Shown here piece by piece: positions 1-10,287 of a stretch of 53,515 nucleotides of DNA. Position numbers and translations under genes: made by a program. Where the stretch lies: the NCBI GenBank assembly GCA_051747585.1, contig JBNJGH010000008.1, positions 1-53,515 of the forward strand, read 5' to 3'. The stretch comes from Candidatus Rifleibacteriota bacterium. Lineage in GTDB: Bacteria > Muiribacteriota > Ozemobacteria > Ozemobacterales > Ozemobacteraceae. Numbering within the stretch: position 1 is the stretch's first letter; each line of letters opens with the position of its first letter. The notes below the pieces were generated by a model, which made no database searches, was not told where the DNA came from, and saw only the letters and a list, made by a program, of their open reading frames with translations.

Positions 1-180
1 TTGCTCATCTCTGGCAGCCAGTTCGGCGACAGCTTCTTCATTGCTTTGCTCGGGAGCAGCCTGTTGAGTCTGAGCCTGTTCGAGCTGTTGCTGAAGCTGT
101 TGAATTTGCTCATCTCTGGCAGCCAGTTCGGCGACAGCTTCTTCATTGCTTTGCTCGGGAGCAGCCTGTTGAGCCTGAGC
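1..180. repeat. Intragenic direct repeat, period 105 bp (35 codons)
   Basis: 1-68 is identical to 106-173 (ttgctcatctctggcagccagttcggcgacagc...gcagcctgttgag); may continue beyond the window. Confidence 0.9.
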
Positions 181-576
181 TTCTTCAAGCTGCTTTTTCA
201 AGGTTTCAAGTTGAGCTTCCAATTCAGGAACTCTGGGATCTTCTATTACCTCTGCAGCGGCTTCAGAACCTTGTTGTTCTTCCAGCAACTTGTTCAGAGC
301 TTCTATCTGCTCATCTTTTTCTTTGCTGAACTGTTCGAACTGATTTTTTTGTTCGTTCAATTCAGCTTGTGTTTTTTCTACTTCAAGTGATTTATCTTCA
401 AGTGCTTTTTTTAATTCAGCGGATTCTTCACCTTCGGCTGCGCCAGATTCGATCTGATTTTTAAGATTACGTATCTGGAGCTGAAGAAGCTTGATCAGAT
501 TATCTTTTTGTACAATCTGCTGGTTTAATTTTTTGAAGAATTCGTTGCTGATCTCCCCATTTCCGTCTGGACTCAT
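1..576 (-). CDS. Coiled-coil protein with 35-aa tandem repeats (5' part; runs off the window edge)
   Basis: Not in the ORF track because it has no stop. Read by hand from ATG at 576 (GGGAG just upstream): MSPDGNGEISNEFFKKLNQQIVQKDNLIKLLQLQIRNL...; open to base 1; E/Q/K/L-rich heptads; QQAAPEQSNEEAVAELAARDEQ occurs twice. Confidence 0.85.
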   Translation of the reverse strand, partial: MSPDGNGEISNEFFKKLNQQIVQKDNLIKLLQLQIRNLKNQIESGAAEGEESAELKKALEDKSLEVEKTQAELNEQKNQFEQFSKEKDEQIEALNKLLEEQQGSEAAAEVIEDPRVPELEAQLETLKKQLEEAQAQQAAPEQSNEEAVAELAARDEQIQQLQQQLEQAQTQQAAPEQSNEEAVAELAARDEQ

Positions 577-794
577 ACCATCTCCCTACAATTCAAACAG
601 AATGAATTCGCATTATAAATTTGCGTTCCTGACCGGTTGCGCTTCTATTCAGCATCTAATAGTTCTATTCTTAATTACAATAGAAAAGCCTTGCCAGGCC
701 ATCTCTGAATTTAAGAACTAAAACAATAGACCACAGAGCGTTCAGCCCTAAACCACGAAAGTCTAGCACAGGTTAGGCGGCATTGCAACTTTTG

Positions 795-1253
795 TCAGCC
801 TTTTCGTTTGCCAACATGACCGCCGTCCCCATCCTTTTTCTTGTTGCTTCCGGGAATGTCTGATTTATTATTGTTATTATCATTGTCTTGATCCTGGCCC
901 GTCTCTTTTGCAAGCGAAGAAACCTGATCTTTCAGATCTTTTTTGCAATCAGCACAGATCATTCCGTCCATAATAGTTTTCTGACAAATCTGACAAGGGT
1001 GAGCAACTTTAACCCCAACTCTTTCGAGTCGTCCGGTTCTAATAAAATAATTTACCTGGTCTTGGCTGCATTCCATTGCCTCTGCCACTTCAGCAACAGT
1101 AGATCCGGGGTTTGAGCGCAGGTAGCCCTTAACTCTCTGGAAGAGTTCTTCTTCTTTTTGGAAGCACTTTGAGCAAATATCTCTTGCCAGTTTAACCATT
1201 ATTACTCCGCAAACCCGACATGAAATAAGTTTTTTCGTAGAATCGTCCGACAC
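795..1253 (-). CDS. YvyF-like (flagellar-operon, TIGR03826-type) zinc-ribbon/HTH protein
   Basis: CxxC...ICxxC...EEELFQRVKGYLRSNPGSTVAEVAE...FIRTGRL...CxxC...ICxxC pattern; GTG at 1253 is properly spaced from AGGAGG, whereas the ORF-track start 1262 abuts the RBS. Confidence 0.7.
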   Translation of the reverse strand: MSDDSTKKLISCRVCGVIMVKLARDICSKCFQKEEELFQRVKGYLRSNPGSTVAEVAEAMECSQDQVNYFIRTGRLERVGVKVAHPCQICQKTIMDGMICADCKKDLKDQVSSLAKETGQDQDNDNNNNKSDIPGSNKKKDGDGGHVGKRKG

Positions 1254-1449
1254 TCTGCTCACCTCCTTTTAAAAATATTGTATTCCAAAGACTAACCTAA
1301 TTAGAAAAAAAATGAAACTTTTTTGTAGCGGCAAACGTTCTATTATATAGAAATAAAATTTAGTTCAATTCCGCCAATTTGTATGATTGAAGCAAAACCC
1401 TTATGATTAAATTAGAGGAAATTATATTTTCTTTTTGAGGAGTAAGCAA

Positions 1450-3723
1450 ATGCGCAAAGCTTTTATTTTTTTTCTAATGAGTATCCTGATTAGCATTCCA
1501 GGCAGCATTTTAATAGCTGATGATCTTGTTTTTGACTCTTTTGAAGAAGCCGAAAAAGCGGCCCAAAACAGAGCTGCCGAATATGACAAGAAGATGGAAG
1601 AACATCTTCAAGAAGTTCATGATGACTGGGAACAGCAACAAAAAGACCTTGGGGAAAGCGACGCTTCTCCAGATATAACGGACATCACCAGTTCCAGTGA
1701 CGGCCAGGCCAGTTCTGACAGCAAAGCCAGCAAAGGAATGGAAGACGCTGTTGATTCAAGCGTAAACGACCTTAAAGACCAGATGATAAGCAACTCCGGC
1801 CCTAACACCACGGGTTTTGCAGGCGGAGGCGCAGGTTATCAGTGGAAAGTTAAATATGAAGACGGAAAATACGTTCTTTCTGACTCTTATAATGAAGCCG
1901 CCTTCGGGACAGGTTCTAAAAAAGATGATGAACCTGGTAAAGAAGCCTCAGGAGGCGATGAAGTCGCTGATGCCGAGTCCGCAGAAGCGAACGACCCCGA
2001 GCCAGAAGAACCGGCAGCACCTGACCCCGAACCTGTTGCCGAACCCGAGCCAGCCCCCGTTGCGCCACCAGCCGAACCAGACTCAACTTCAGTAGCTAAA
2101 ACTCCATCTACACCCGCCCCATCAGATTCAACTCCGGAATCAAGCGAAGGCTCTTCTCCTTCAGCTCCTCCAGCCACACCTCCTGACGAACCTGCTCCAG
2201 GTTTTGATCCCGCTCCGGAAAAACTTCCTAAACCTGCTGTAAGAATGGTCATTCAGCACCCGACCAATTTTAGAGAAGAGATGTTCAGCGCAAATGCCGA
2301 CTCTGATGATTCAATTGAATACGAACTCAATAAATTCAAGATTCCCGAAGATACCCGCGTAAAAATGCAGGTAGAAGTAGCAGACACAGTTAACCCTGAA
2401 GATGTATCATTGGTTGTCACAGACGAAGAAGGCCCCGGTCCCGAGGTTAAATCAGAAAAATTGAAAAATTTCAGACATATGTTCAGGGTTCCTTCAGACG
2501 ACAAATATTCTGCCCAACTTTACTATCAGGATAGCTCTACTCCGGGCTCAGCCAAAAAGCAACTGATGAGGGTTAAAATTCCTGTAAGCAAAGTTGAATT
2601 TGATAGCAGAACACTCGATAACCAGAAAATAAAACAAGGTGGCGAAGGCCAGTATTCTTCAAGCACCACCTCTTATTCAGATTCCAGTGCCGGACAAAAT
2701 CGTTCAAATTTTGGTCAATCCGAGCAAGTTGATTTGTCAGATCTATATTCTGACCCCTCCGCATCTGACTCGGGCAGTTCCTCCTTTTCGGGCTCTCAAA
2801 GTGAAAACGAATACGCTTCTAACCAAAGCTACGGCTCGGAAGATGACAACTACGGAAGCTCTTCAACCTCATCTTCAGACGAAAATGGCTCATCATACAG
2901 CCGGTCGGGCAGCAATTCATCGGCGAGCTCTTCAAGCGGAAGGAGCGGCTCAAACAACAATTACTCTTCCACTGGTTCAAGCAATAGCAGCGGGAAAGCA
3001 GGTAGCGGTAGCAACGTATCTGCTCAGGGCAATCAAGGGAATGCCTACCAGAGCTATGGCTCAAACAGTGGCAACAATGCTGCAAACAATCAGTATGCCA
3101 CGACTTCGGGCTCAGGCAGCAGTTCAAGTGGAAGTTCGAATGGAAGATACAGCAGTCAAGGCTCTTCTTCATCATCCGGTAGTAGCTCAAACTATGGCGG
3201 CAGCAGCTCTGGCGGTAGCAGTAGCGGCTCAAGTTCCAACTATCGTTCAGACCATCGTGAAAGCGATGCTTATGAAAATCAGGATTATAAACTCAGAGAA
3301 AATCAAGACAACAAGGTAAAATACGACAATAATGACGCAAGCGATGATATTCAAAAGAATCAAGGTGGAGTCGAAAGCGAAGAAAATCAAAATGAAGATT
3401 CTTTTATTATGGCATTGTCAATGCAATCAATCAGCAACGATATTTACCAGTCCTTTGATTTTATAGAAAACCCTTCGCCCACTTCGCATGTAATACCAGC
3501 CGGTTCAGAAGTTACTTTCAGCATGAATTTTGCTAACGACGTCGATATAAACTCAATTTCCATAGAACTACGCGATGGCAAAGAAGTAATAAGCGGAGAT
3601 ATAAATACCCTGGGCGAAGCTTTTGCCTATGAATTCAAAAACCCCAGTAACGCCAGCTTTCGAATAAGCGGAAGCTCGAGCCGAGACAACTTTTCTTACA
3701 GCCTGAAAATTCCAGTTAAATAA
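1450..3723 (+). CDS. Secreted hypothetical protein with Pro/Glu-rich and Ser/Gly/Asn-rich low-complexity linkers
   Basis: ATG at 1450 after GAGGAG; N-terminal signal peptide (MRKAFIFFLMSILISIPGSILIA); PEP/PAP tract ~1980-2235; Ser/Gly tract ~2650-3240; two globular-looking beta-rich segments. Confidence 0.75.
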   Translation: MRKAFIFFLMSILISIPGSILIADDLVFDSFEEAEKAAQNRAAEYDKKMEEHLQEVHDDWEQQQKDLGESDASPDITDITSSSDGQASSDSKASKGMEDAVDSSVNDLKDQMISNSGPNTTGFAGGGAGYQWKVKYEDGKYVLSDSYNEAAFGTGSKKDDEPGKEASGGDEVADAESAEANDPEPEEPAAPDPEPVAEPEPAPVAPPAEPDSTSVAKTPSTPAPSDSTPESSEGSSPSAPPATPPDEPAPGFDPAPEKLPKPAVRMVIQHPTNFREEMFSANADSDDSIEYELNKFKIPEDTRVKMQVEVADTVNPEDVSLVVTDEEGPGPEVKSEKLKNFRHMFRVPSDDKYSAQLYYQDSSTPGSAKKQLMRVKIPVSKVEFDSRTLDNQKIKQGGEGQYSSSTTSYSDSSAGQNRSNFGQSEQVDLSDLYSDPSASDSGSSSFSGSQSENEYASNQSYGSEDDNYGSSSTSSSDENGSSYSRSGSNSSASSSSGRSGSNNNYSSTGSSNSSGKAGSGSNVSAQGNQGNAYQSYGSNSGNNAANNQYATTSGSGSSSSGSSNGRYSSQGSSSSSGSSSNYGGSSSGGSSSGSSSNYRSDHRESDAYENQDYKLRENQDNKVKYDNNDASDDIQKNQGGVESEENQNEDSFIMALSMQSISNDIYQSFDFIENPSPTSHVIPAGSEVTFSMNFANDVDINSISIELRDGKEVISGDINTLGEAFAYEFKNPSNASFRISGSSSRDNFSYSLKIPVK

Positions 3724-3729
3724 AAAAAC

Positions 3730-4506
3730 TTAGAAGCTAGCGGGAGCCTGATTCTTTTTGATTAGAGTCAAGCTTCCGTTTTTTATTGCCTGTTTTCTGC
3801 CATTTCCGATAGAAATTACCAGGCTACCGTCGGGATTAAGACCTAACGGGCGAACCTTTTGCCTGTTATGCGATGAGGTCGCTAATATGAAGCTTTTCTG
3901 CCAGAACCGCCCTGCTTTCTTTGTCCAGAGATCTGCGGCTCGTTCATCTGAAATTTGAATGAGCCGGGAAAATTCCTCGAGAATTTTTAATAACAGCTGG
4001 CTGGCAGACACTTCTATGCCAGCCTGCTGCAACGAAGAGGTTTTCTCGGGCATTTCGCCGGGTTTTTTCAGGTTGATCCCTATTCCAATAACGGCATTCA
4101 TCTGTTTTTTTGCCACCTGGCTTTCTACCAGGATTCCGCCAACCTTACTTTCAGAATAGAAAATATCGTTTGGCCATTTCAGCCAGAAATCTTCATTATT
4201 CTTTAGCTTGTTAACAGCGCTTAAAACAGCAAGCCCGGTTCTTAAAGAAAGAGGGAATTCGGTTGTTTCAAAGGGACTGGAAAAAGAAAAAAGCAACGAG
4301 GTTTGTGGCTCTGCAATCCACTTTCTCTGGTACTGCCCCCGACCGTTCATCTGGAAATCAGTCATCAATATCCGCCGAACAAAGCCATGTTCAAGCGCTG
4401 ATTTTAATTCATCGTTAGTCGAACCTGTTTCTTTTACATGTTTAAACTCATGTTTTTTAAAAAAATCTATATTTTTAATTTTCTCGACCAGTTCGTTTTC
4501 AGTCAT
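3730..4506 (-). CDS. birA: Biotin--[acetyl-CoA carboxylase] ligase (no N-terminal HTH)
   Basis: TGSTND, QxxGRGQ..RKW, LKWPNDI, KVGGILVE and VIGIGIN motifs. Confidence 0.9.
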   Translation of the reverse strand: MTENELVEKIKNIDFFKKHEFKHVKETGSTNDELKSALEHGFVRRILMTDFQMNGRGQYQRKWIAEPQTSLLFSFSSPFETTEFPLSLRTGLAVLSAVNKLKNNEDFWLKWPNDIFYSESKVGGILVESQVAKKQMNAVIGIGINLKKPGEMPEKTSSLQQAGIEVSASQLLLKILEEFSRLIQISDERAADLWTKKAGRFWQKSFILATSSHNRQKVRPLGLNPDGSLVISIGNGRKQAIKNGSLTLIKKNQAPASF

Positions 4507-4544
4507 AAAACACCAGCCCGGTATATTAAGATTTCGGCTGACAA

Positions 4545-5303
4545 CTAAAGCTTTAAACCGCTCAGGTTCTCCAACATTGAATGGTCGGTTAGATCAATAT
4601 TAAGCGGTGTAACCGAAACAAAACCGTTTTTAACGGCAACCAGATCGCAGTTCTCATTTGTGTCTACAATTTCGGGATTTCCTTTAATCCAGTAATAAGT
4701 TTTTCCACTTGGATCGATTCTACGTTCATAAACTTCTTTGTAGTCAATTCTGCCGGTTTTTGTTACTTTAATGCCTTTTATCTGGTCTTTCGGCAAAGAA
4801 GGGACATTGATATTGTATACTTTTCCCTTTTGCATTTTTGCCGCAACCAGAGCTTTTATGGCTTTCATTGCAAGCCTGGCAGGCAATTCGTAGGGAATGT
4901 CGGCACGATAATCGTCAAGAGAAACTGCAATTGCGGGAATATTTTTAAAGGCACCTTCAAATGCGGCGGCAACTGTCCCGGAATAGAAAATATCGACACA
5001 CATGTTGGGGCCTTTGTTAATACCCGAAACAACCAGATCAGGTTTTTGCTCAAGAAGGTTTGATAAAGCAATTTTGGCACAATCTGCCGGGGTTCCATTT
5101 ATAGCCCAGGCTTTTTTTACAGGCACAGGGAACGAAACCTCTCTGACTCTCAATGGGTGAGCCAAGGTTAACGAGCTGCTTGCAGCACTTCGCTCGCTAT
5201 CGGGGGCAGCAACAAATACTTCCCCAAGGCAGATCAATTCGCCTGCCAGGGCAACAATACCTGCTGCACTGATACCATCATCGTTACAAAGTAAAACCCT
5301 CAT
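4545..5303 (-). CDS. surE: 5'/3'-nucleotidase SurE
   Basis: MRVLLCNDDG, GTPADC, PDLVVSGINKGPN, YSGTVAAAFEG, VSVTPL; ATG at 5303 follows GGAGG. Confidence 0.95.
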   Translation of the reverse strand: MRVLLCNDDGISAAGIVALAGELICLGEVFVAAPDSERSAASSSLTLAHPLRVREVSFPVPVKKAWAINGTPADCAKIALSNLLEQKPDLVVSGINKGPNMCVDIFYSGTVAAAFEGAFKNIPAIAVSLDDYRADIPYELPARLAMKAIKALVAAKMQKGKVYNINVPSLPKDQIKGIKVTKTGRIDYKEVYERRIDPSGKTYYWIKGNPEIVDTNENCDLVAVKNGFVSVTPLNIDLTDHSMLENLSGLKL

Positions 5304-5413
5304 AAAACCTCCGTGCTGTAATAAAATGCTGTGATACAGTCTTAAAACTAAATTGCTTGCGACTGACTGCAACTCATGATATGATGTTCTAACTTTGATT
5401 TCAAGGTTTTTTC

Positions 5414-7159
5414 ATGCTAAAAGGGCTGGTAATTTCACCTGGTTTTGCACTGGGAAGAATATATTGTCTCAGGCACATTTCGCTTGAGAATTTTGAGTCC
5501 AGTACAATTGATCCCGGCGAAATAGATTGTGAAATTAAACGATTCAAAGCAGCAATAGACCTTTCAAGAGCCGAAATAAGCCAGCTGCTGGAATTGCCCC
5601 AGATTAAAAGCAGCCTTGAAATCTCCAACATTTTTCAAGCGCATCTCACCCTTATAGACGACCCCGACCTGCAATGCGAGGTCACCAAAAGAATTAAAGA
5701 ACAGCTTCAGGATGTACAATCAGTTGTCAGAAATGTTATAAAAGATTACAGCAAATTTTTCAATAACCTTCCCGATCCACAGTTCCAAGGCAAAGCAATA
5801 GATATTATGGATGTTGGGAAACGTATTTTAAAAAACTGCAGTGATAATCATAAAAAAAAGAAGAGTTTTTCCAATATTGATGAAGGAATTATTGTCTGTG
5901 CTGAAGATTTAACCCCTTCAGAAATAGTTTCTTTAAACCCATCGAAACTTATGGGCATAGCCATTGAGAACGGCACTCCGACCTCACATGCCTCAATTCT
6001 GGCCAGGTCTCTGGGCATTCCCGCGCTTATTCAGGTTAATGGCCTGATGAAAAAAGCTCAGGACTGGAAACATGTAATTCTCGATGGAAATACGGGCAGA
6101 GTAATGATTAATCCTGACCCGGGTCTTAAAGAACAGTATTTTAATGAGCTTAATCACTACCGACAAAAACAGGAAAAAATCCTCGAGATATTAACCAAGC
6201 CTTCTATTACCAAAGATAATGTAAAAATTGATCTTAAAGCGAATATCGGTAAGCCGGGCGATGCTGAATCAGTTATAAAAAATTATGCAGATGGCGTAGG
6301 TCTTTATCGAACCGAATTTGCTTACCTCACTCGCAGGTCATTTCCAACTGAAACAGAATTAACTGAATGTTATGCAACTGTTATCAAACATCTCAATCAA
6401 AAAAATATTGTAATTCGCACTATAGACATAGGCGGCGATAAAATTTCTCACCTGCTCGGAAATTCAATGGAAAGAAACCCCGAACTTGGCTGGCGTGCGG
6501 TAAGAATGGCTCTCGATTGTGAAGAAATATTCGTTACTCAGTTAAGGGCCATTCTCAAAGCAGCAGGCCAAGCAGAAAAAGATCAGGTCAGCATCCTTTT
6601 TCCAATGATTTCAAATCTTTCTGAACTGAGAAAAGTTAAAAGTTTGTTAAACCGTGAACACGAGAATCTTATAAAAGAAAAAATTCCGACCCCGGATCGA
6701 ATAAGAACCGGCATAATGGTGGAAATTCCTTCTGTTGCTTTACTTGCAGAAAAGTTTGCCCGGGAAGTAGACTTTTTTTCGATTGGCAGCAACGACCTGG
6801 TACAATATACTCTTGCGGTTGATAGAACCAATTCAAAAGTTGCTCACTTGTATCAGCCCGCCAACCCCGCCGTAATCAAATTAATATCGCAAGTTGTAGA
6901 GGTGGGCAAGCAATACAATGTAAATGTCGGGCTCTGCGGCGAAATGGCCGGAGACAGCAAATACACGCTTTTGCTCCTGGGTCTTGGCTTAAGAGAGCTT
7001 TCAATGAACGCAGTTTTGATTCCAACAATAAAACAGATTATAAGAAATATATCCTGCGAAGAGGCAGAGAAGTTAATCAGACCAGTATTATCTATGGATA
7101 CCTCTGAAGAAATAGAAAACACGCTGGAAAAACTAAACAAAAAACTTGGAATATTGTGA
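5414..7159 (+). CDS. ptsI: Phosphoenolpyruvate-protein phosphotransferase (PTS enzyme I)
   Basis: TSHASILARSLGIPA phospho-His motif, GVGLYRTEF, RTIDIGGDK, ERNPELGWRAVR, MVEIPS, DFFSIGSNDLVQY, CGEMAGD. Confidence 0.93.
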   Translation: MLKGLVISPGFALGRIYCLRHISLENFESSTIDPGEIDCEIKRFKAAIDLSRAEISQLLELPQIKSSLEISNIFQAHLTLIDDPDLQCEVTKRIKEQLQDVQSVVRNVIKDYSKFFNNLPDPQFQGKAIDIMDVGKRILKNCSDNHKKKKSFSNIDEGIIVCAEDLTPSEIVSLNPSKLMGIAIENGTPTSHASILARSLGIPALIQVNGLMKKAQDWKHVILDGNTGRVMINPDPGLKEQYFNELNHYRQKQEKILEILTKPSITKDNVKIDLKANIGKPGDAESVIKNYADGVGLYRTEFAYLTRRSFPTETELTECYATVIKHLNQKNIVIRTIDIGGDKISHLLGNSMERNPELGWRAVRMALDCEEIFVTQLRAILKAAGQAEKDQVSILFPMISNLSELRKVKSLLNREHENLIKEKIPTPDRIRTGIMVEIPSVALLAEKFAREVDFFSIGSNDLVQYTLAVDRTNSKVAHLYQPANPAVIKLISQVVEVGKQYNVNVGLCGEMAGDSKYTLLLLGLGLRELSMNAVLIPTIKQIIRNISCEEAEKLIRPVLSMDTSEEIENTLEKLNKKLGIL

Positions 7160-7689
7160 AAAATAAAACAGTTACTATAATTTGTTGTATAATAACTATC
7201 TTGTTTTGTATTTCCTGCAAAGCAGATTCATCTACTTATTCAGCCTCAATCAACACAGAGAGTCCGATACAGGGCAACACACAAGGGCAAAAACTTCCCT
7301 TTTACGAAGCGGAATTAGCGGGTAACAAACTTGAGCTTATGCTGGCTCGAACCCATGCAGAAAAATCTGCGGGTCTAATGTTTTATGAAGATTTGCCTGA
7401 AAAAACCGGTATGCTTTTTGTTTATTCTTCACCCCGTATAATGTCTTTCTGGATGTACAACACCAGAATACCTCTGGATTTAATTTTTTTTTCAAACGAC
7501 CTTATGGTAACCGAATGGGTTAAAACTATGAAGCCCGGTTTCGGGAAAAATCCTTCTGAACTTCCCAGATATTTATCTGAAAATCCCGCCCAGTACGCTT
7601 TAGAATTAAAAGCCGGTTCAATAGAAAAACTGGGAATTTCTATCGGCGATCGTCTGGACATTCCAATAACCCTTCTTTATTCTGAATAA
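7156..7689 (+). CDS. DUF192 family exported/lipoprotein
   Basis: GLMF...GMLFVY...SFWMYNTRIPLDLIF...AQYALELKAG...GISIGDRL; hydrophobic N-terminus with Cys. Confidence 0.85.
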   Translation: MKNKTVTIICCIITILFCISCKADSSTYSASINTESPIQGNTQGQKLPFYEAELAGNKLELMLARTHAEKSAGLMFYEDLPEKTGMLFVYSSPRIMSFWMYNTRIPLDLIFFSNDLMVTEWVKTMKPGFGKNPSELPRYLSENPAQYALELKAGSIEKLGISIGDRLDIPITLLYSE

Positions 7690-10287
7690 ATGCTACCTAC
7701 TGCTGTTAATATACTAATGCGTATTACCGGCATTATTGCAACTATAATGCTGAGTATTCTTCCCTGGTTCATTGCAACAGGGACAAATGATCCGTTCATC
7801 AATCAAGAATGGATCATTTTATCATTGGCAGCTATATGTACCTGCATACTATCAGTTGTTTTCATCTTTTTCCGACCACGTAAAGGACACTTTCCTTTAA
7901 CTTATCCACTTTTATTTACTTATCTTGCCTTGATTTTTTCGATGTACTACTCGGAGTTTCTGATAAGCCTAAAAACTACTCTTCTCTGGTGTTCCATTTT
8001 ATTATTGATGGCATTTATGCGCCTTTCACGTAAAACTTCGGATAATTACTTCACTGCTGTTTTGATAAGCGTATCAGGAAGCGCAATGGCATGTTATGCT
8101 CTTATGCAATACTGTGGCTGGGACTTTTTTAACTGGACCGAATCTCCTTATAAAGTGGTTGGCACCCTTTCCAATCCGAATTATTTAGGAGCCTATCTTC
8201 TAATAACCTCGACCATTACTCTGGGAGCAGCCATAGAAGGGGTTTTCAAGCGCAATTTTAATCGGGTAATTTTGTTTATTCTTTTCGTTCTACAAACTCT
8301 ACCCATATTGTTAAATGGGGCCTTAAGCGCTAGAATCGGCTTACTTGTCGCTATTTTTCTTTTTTCAACCAGGTTCTGGGAAATAAAACCGGGAAAAATT
8401 CTTCGTATTTCACCTTTTTTAACAGGCTTAATCGTGGCAATTGTTCTGGCCCTGCTTCAGGGAATTGTATATTATGCAAGTACAACCTTCCCATGGGAAA
8501 ATTTAACCAGGCCGCCATATAATTATCTTTCGCTTGTTTCGCGCATGGTAGTCTGGCAAATGGGCTACCTGATATTTTTAAACAATCCGATTTCCGGCAT
8601 CGGCCCGGGAGCTATTGCTTATGAAATGGGGCAATATCGACCTGATTACGCCGGTGTAGCAGGTTTAAAAGGTTTCAACGACGCTCCCCATTCAATTATT
8701 GTAAGACTGTTAGGTGAGACTGGTTTTGTGGGCTTTTTAGCATTCGTAACTCTTTGCTGCGGTTTAATAGGAATAGCAATCTGGAGGCGCTCTAAAGATT
8801 ATAAAGCTCTTAAGATTACTGATGAGAAAGATGAAAAAAATGCATCAAGCAATTTGCCTGATTTCTGCTGGATGGCGATATTTATTCCGGCTCTTATTCT
8901 ATTTCTCGCTTTTGCTGCAGGTTTCTTAAGCTTGAAATTATTTTTCTTTACTATTCCGGCCCTGATTGCTTTCTTTGCCATTTTCAACAGTTTTGGCAAA
9001 AACAGCATTACTACCGTCAAGCCTCTTATAAAAACCCCTCTGGTAGCACTTATAACATTTTTTCTTCATTCAGCTTTTAATAACAATCTTAATGTGCCTG
9101 CCCTCACAACCTCATTTATTCTTATAGCCAGTATCATTTTTACCGGCGGCTTAAAAGATCTGGTCTGGAAAAAGAAGTTTTCATTTGTATCGGTTTTGTA
9201 TCTCTGCCTGCCGATAACATTTGTTTTTAGTGCTTATAATCTTGAATCGGCTTACCAGAAAGAACAGAAGCTTCTATATTCTGGTGCAAACTTTCAAATG
9301 CAACAAAACTATGAAGCCAGTCAAAAAATGTTTGAAGCTGCAATAAAAACAAATCCCCAATCTCTAAAAGCCCATTATGGCCTGGCAAAAAGTCTGCAGA
9401 ACCAGAAAAAATATGACATTGCCCAGGATGTTTACGAAAACCTTAACGCGATGGTTCCAGATGTATATAATTGCAATTACGAAATAGCAAAAATGCTTTT
9501 AGAACAGAAACGATTACTTGAAGCGCATAAATATGCCCTAAAAAGCCTGGAGTTCAGACCAGTACCAAGCACCTACCTGCTTTTGGGTGAAATTTTGCTG
9601 AAAGAAGGCAAAAATAATGATGCCAAAAAAATCTTTCGAGAAGGGCTTATTTATATCCCTGACATCAATTTTGGCGAACGAATTGCAGCTGACAAGCTAC
9701 GTTTAAATCTTGCTGCGCTGGCTGCCAACGAATCACGCTTTACCGATTGCACTGAATATCTTGATCAAATCAAAACCAGGGTAAAAAAAAGCAGCGATGC
9801 AATTTACTTAAGAGGATTACTTTTATCAAGAAAGAAAGAATTTAATCGAGCCTTAAAACTTTTTGAGGAAGCGCTGGCCCTGAGCCCTGAAAATCCGAGA
9901 TTTTTAAACGCAGCCGGTTACATTTTAACCCTGCAAGGTAAGCTCGAAAAAGCTCAAAATTTATTGGAAAAAGCATACAAGATTCTAAAAACATCAGAGT
10001 CGCCACTACTTTCAGATATGCTTATGATTGTTCATAGTCTGGGCAAACTTTACTGGAAACAAAACAAAAATAAACAGGCAGAAGAATTATTGAGAATAGC
10101 CTGGGAAAAATGCCCTCCGAGCTGGGAATCTTTAAAAAATGAGCGATTGAATGATTTAATAAATTTCTACAAAGACAATAACAATACAGAAGCTTTAGCA
10201 AAGCTGGGTAAGTTGACCGGAACTTCCAGCATACAACTTGATAGCGAAAGCTCACAAATAGAACAGCAAAACGAAAAAAATGAATAA
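7690..10287 (+). CDS. O-antigen ligase / O-oligosaccharyltransferase-like polytopic membrane protein with C-terminal TPRs
   Basis: Many TM helices; GTLSNPNYLGAYL, SRMVVW..G..IF..NPISGIGPG, PHS..RLLGETGFVG (Wzy_C-like); C-terminal TPR repeats. Confidence 0.8.
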   Translation: MLPTAVNILMRITGIIATIMLSILPWFIATGTNDPFINQEWIILSLAAICTCILSVVFIFFRPRKGHFPLTYPLLFTYLALIFSMYYSEFLISLKTTLLWCSILLLMAFMRLSRKTSDNYFTAVLISVSGSAMACYALMQYCGWDFFNWTESPYKVVGTLSNPNYLGAYLLITSTITLGAAIEGVFKRNFNRVILFILFVLQTLPILLNGALSARIGLLVAIFLFSTRFWEIKPGKILRISPFLTGLIVAIVLALLQGIVYYASTTFPWENLTRPPYNYLSLVSRMVVWQMGYLIFLNNPISGIGPGAIAYEMGQYRPDYAGVAGLKGFNDAPHSIIVRLLGETGFVGFLAFVTLCCGLIGIAIWRRSKDYKALKITDEKDEKNASSNLPDFCWMAIFIPALILFLAFAAGFLSLKLFFFTIPALIAFFAIFNSFGKNSITTVKPLIKTPLVALITFFLHSAFNNNLNVPALTTSFILIASIIFTGGLKDLVWKKKFSFVSVLYLCLPITFVFSAYNLESAYQKEQKLLYSGANFQMQQNYEASQKMFEAAIKTNPQSLKAHYGLAKSLQNQKKYDIAQDVYENLNAMVPDVYNCNYEIAKMLLEQKRLLEAHKYALKSLEFRPVPSTYLLLGEILLKEGKNNDAKKIFREGLIYIPDINFGERIAADKLRLNLAALAANESRFTDCTEYLDQIKTRVKKSSDAIYLRGLLLSRKKEFNRALKLFEEALALSPENPRFLNAAGYILTLQGKLEKAQNLLEKAYKILKTSESPLLSDMLMIVHSLGKLYWKQNKNKQAEELLRIAWEKCPPSWESLKNERLNDLINFYKDNNNTEALAKLGKLTGTSSIQLDSESSQIEQQNEKNE

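Noticed and set aside
1..390. Plus-strand 129-aa ORF (and the 491-721 ORF)
   Set aside because: Antisense shadow of the minus-strand coiled-coil gene, which has a clear RBS and a sensible composition
1817..3319. Long alternative-frame ORFs (1817-2095, 1887-2252, 2639-3319, 2819-3232)
   Set aside because: Expected by-products of low-complexity Pro/Ser codon runs in the main gene; no RBS or motif support
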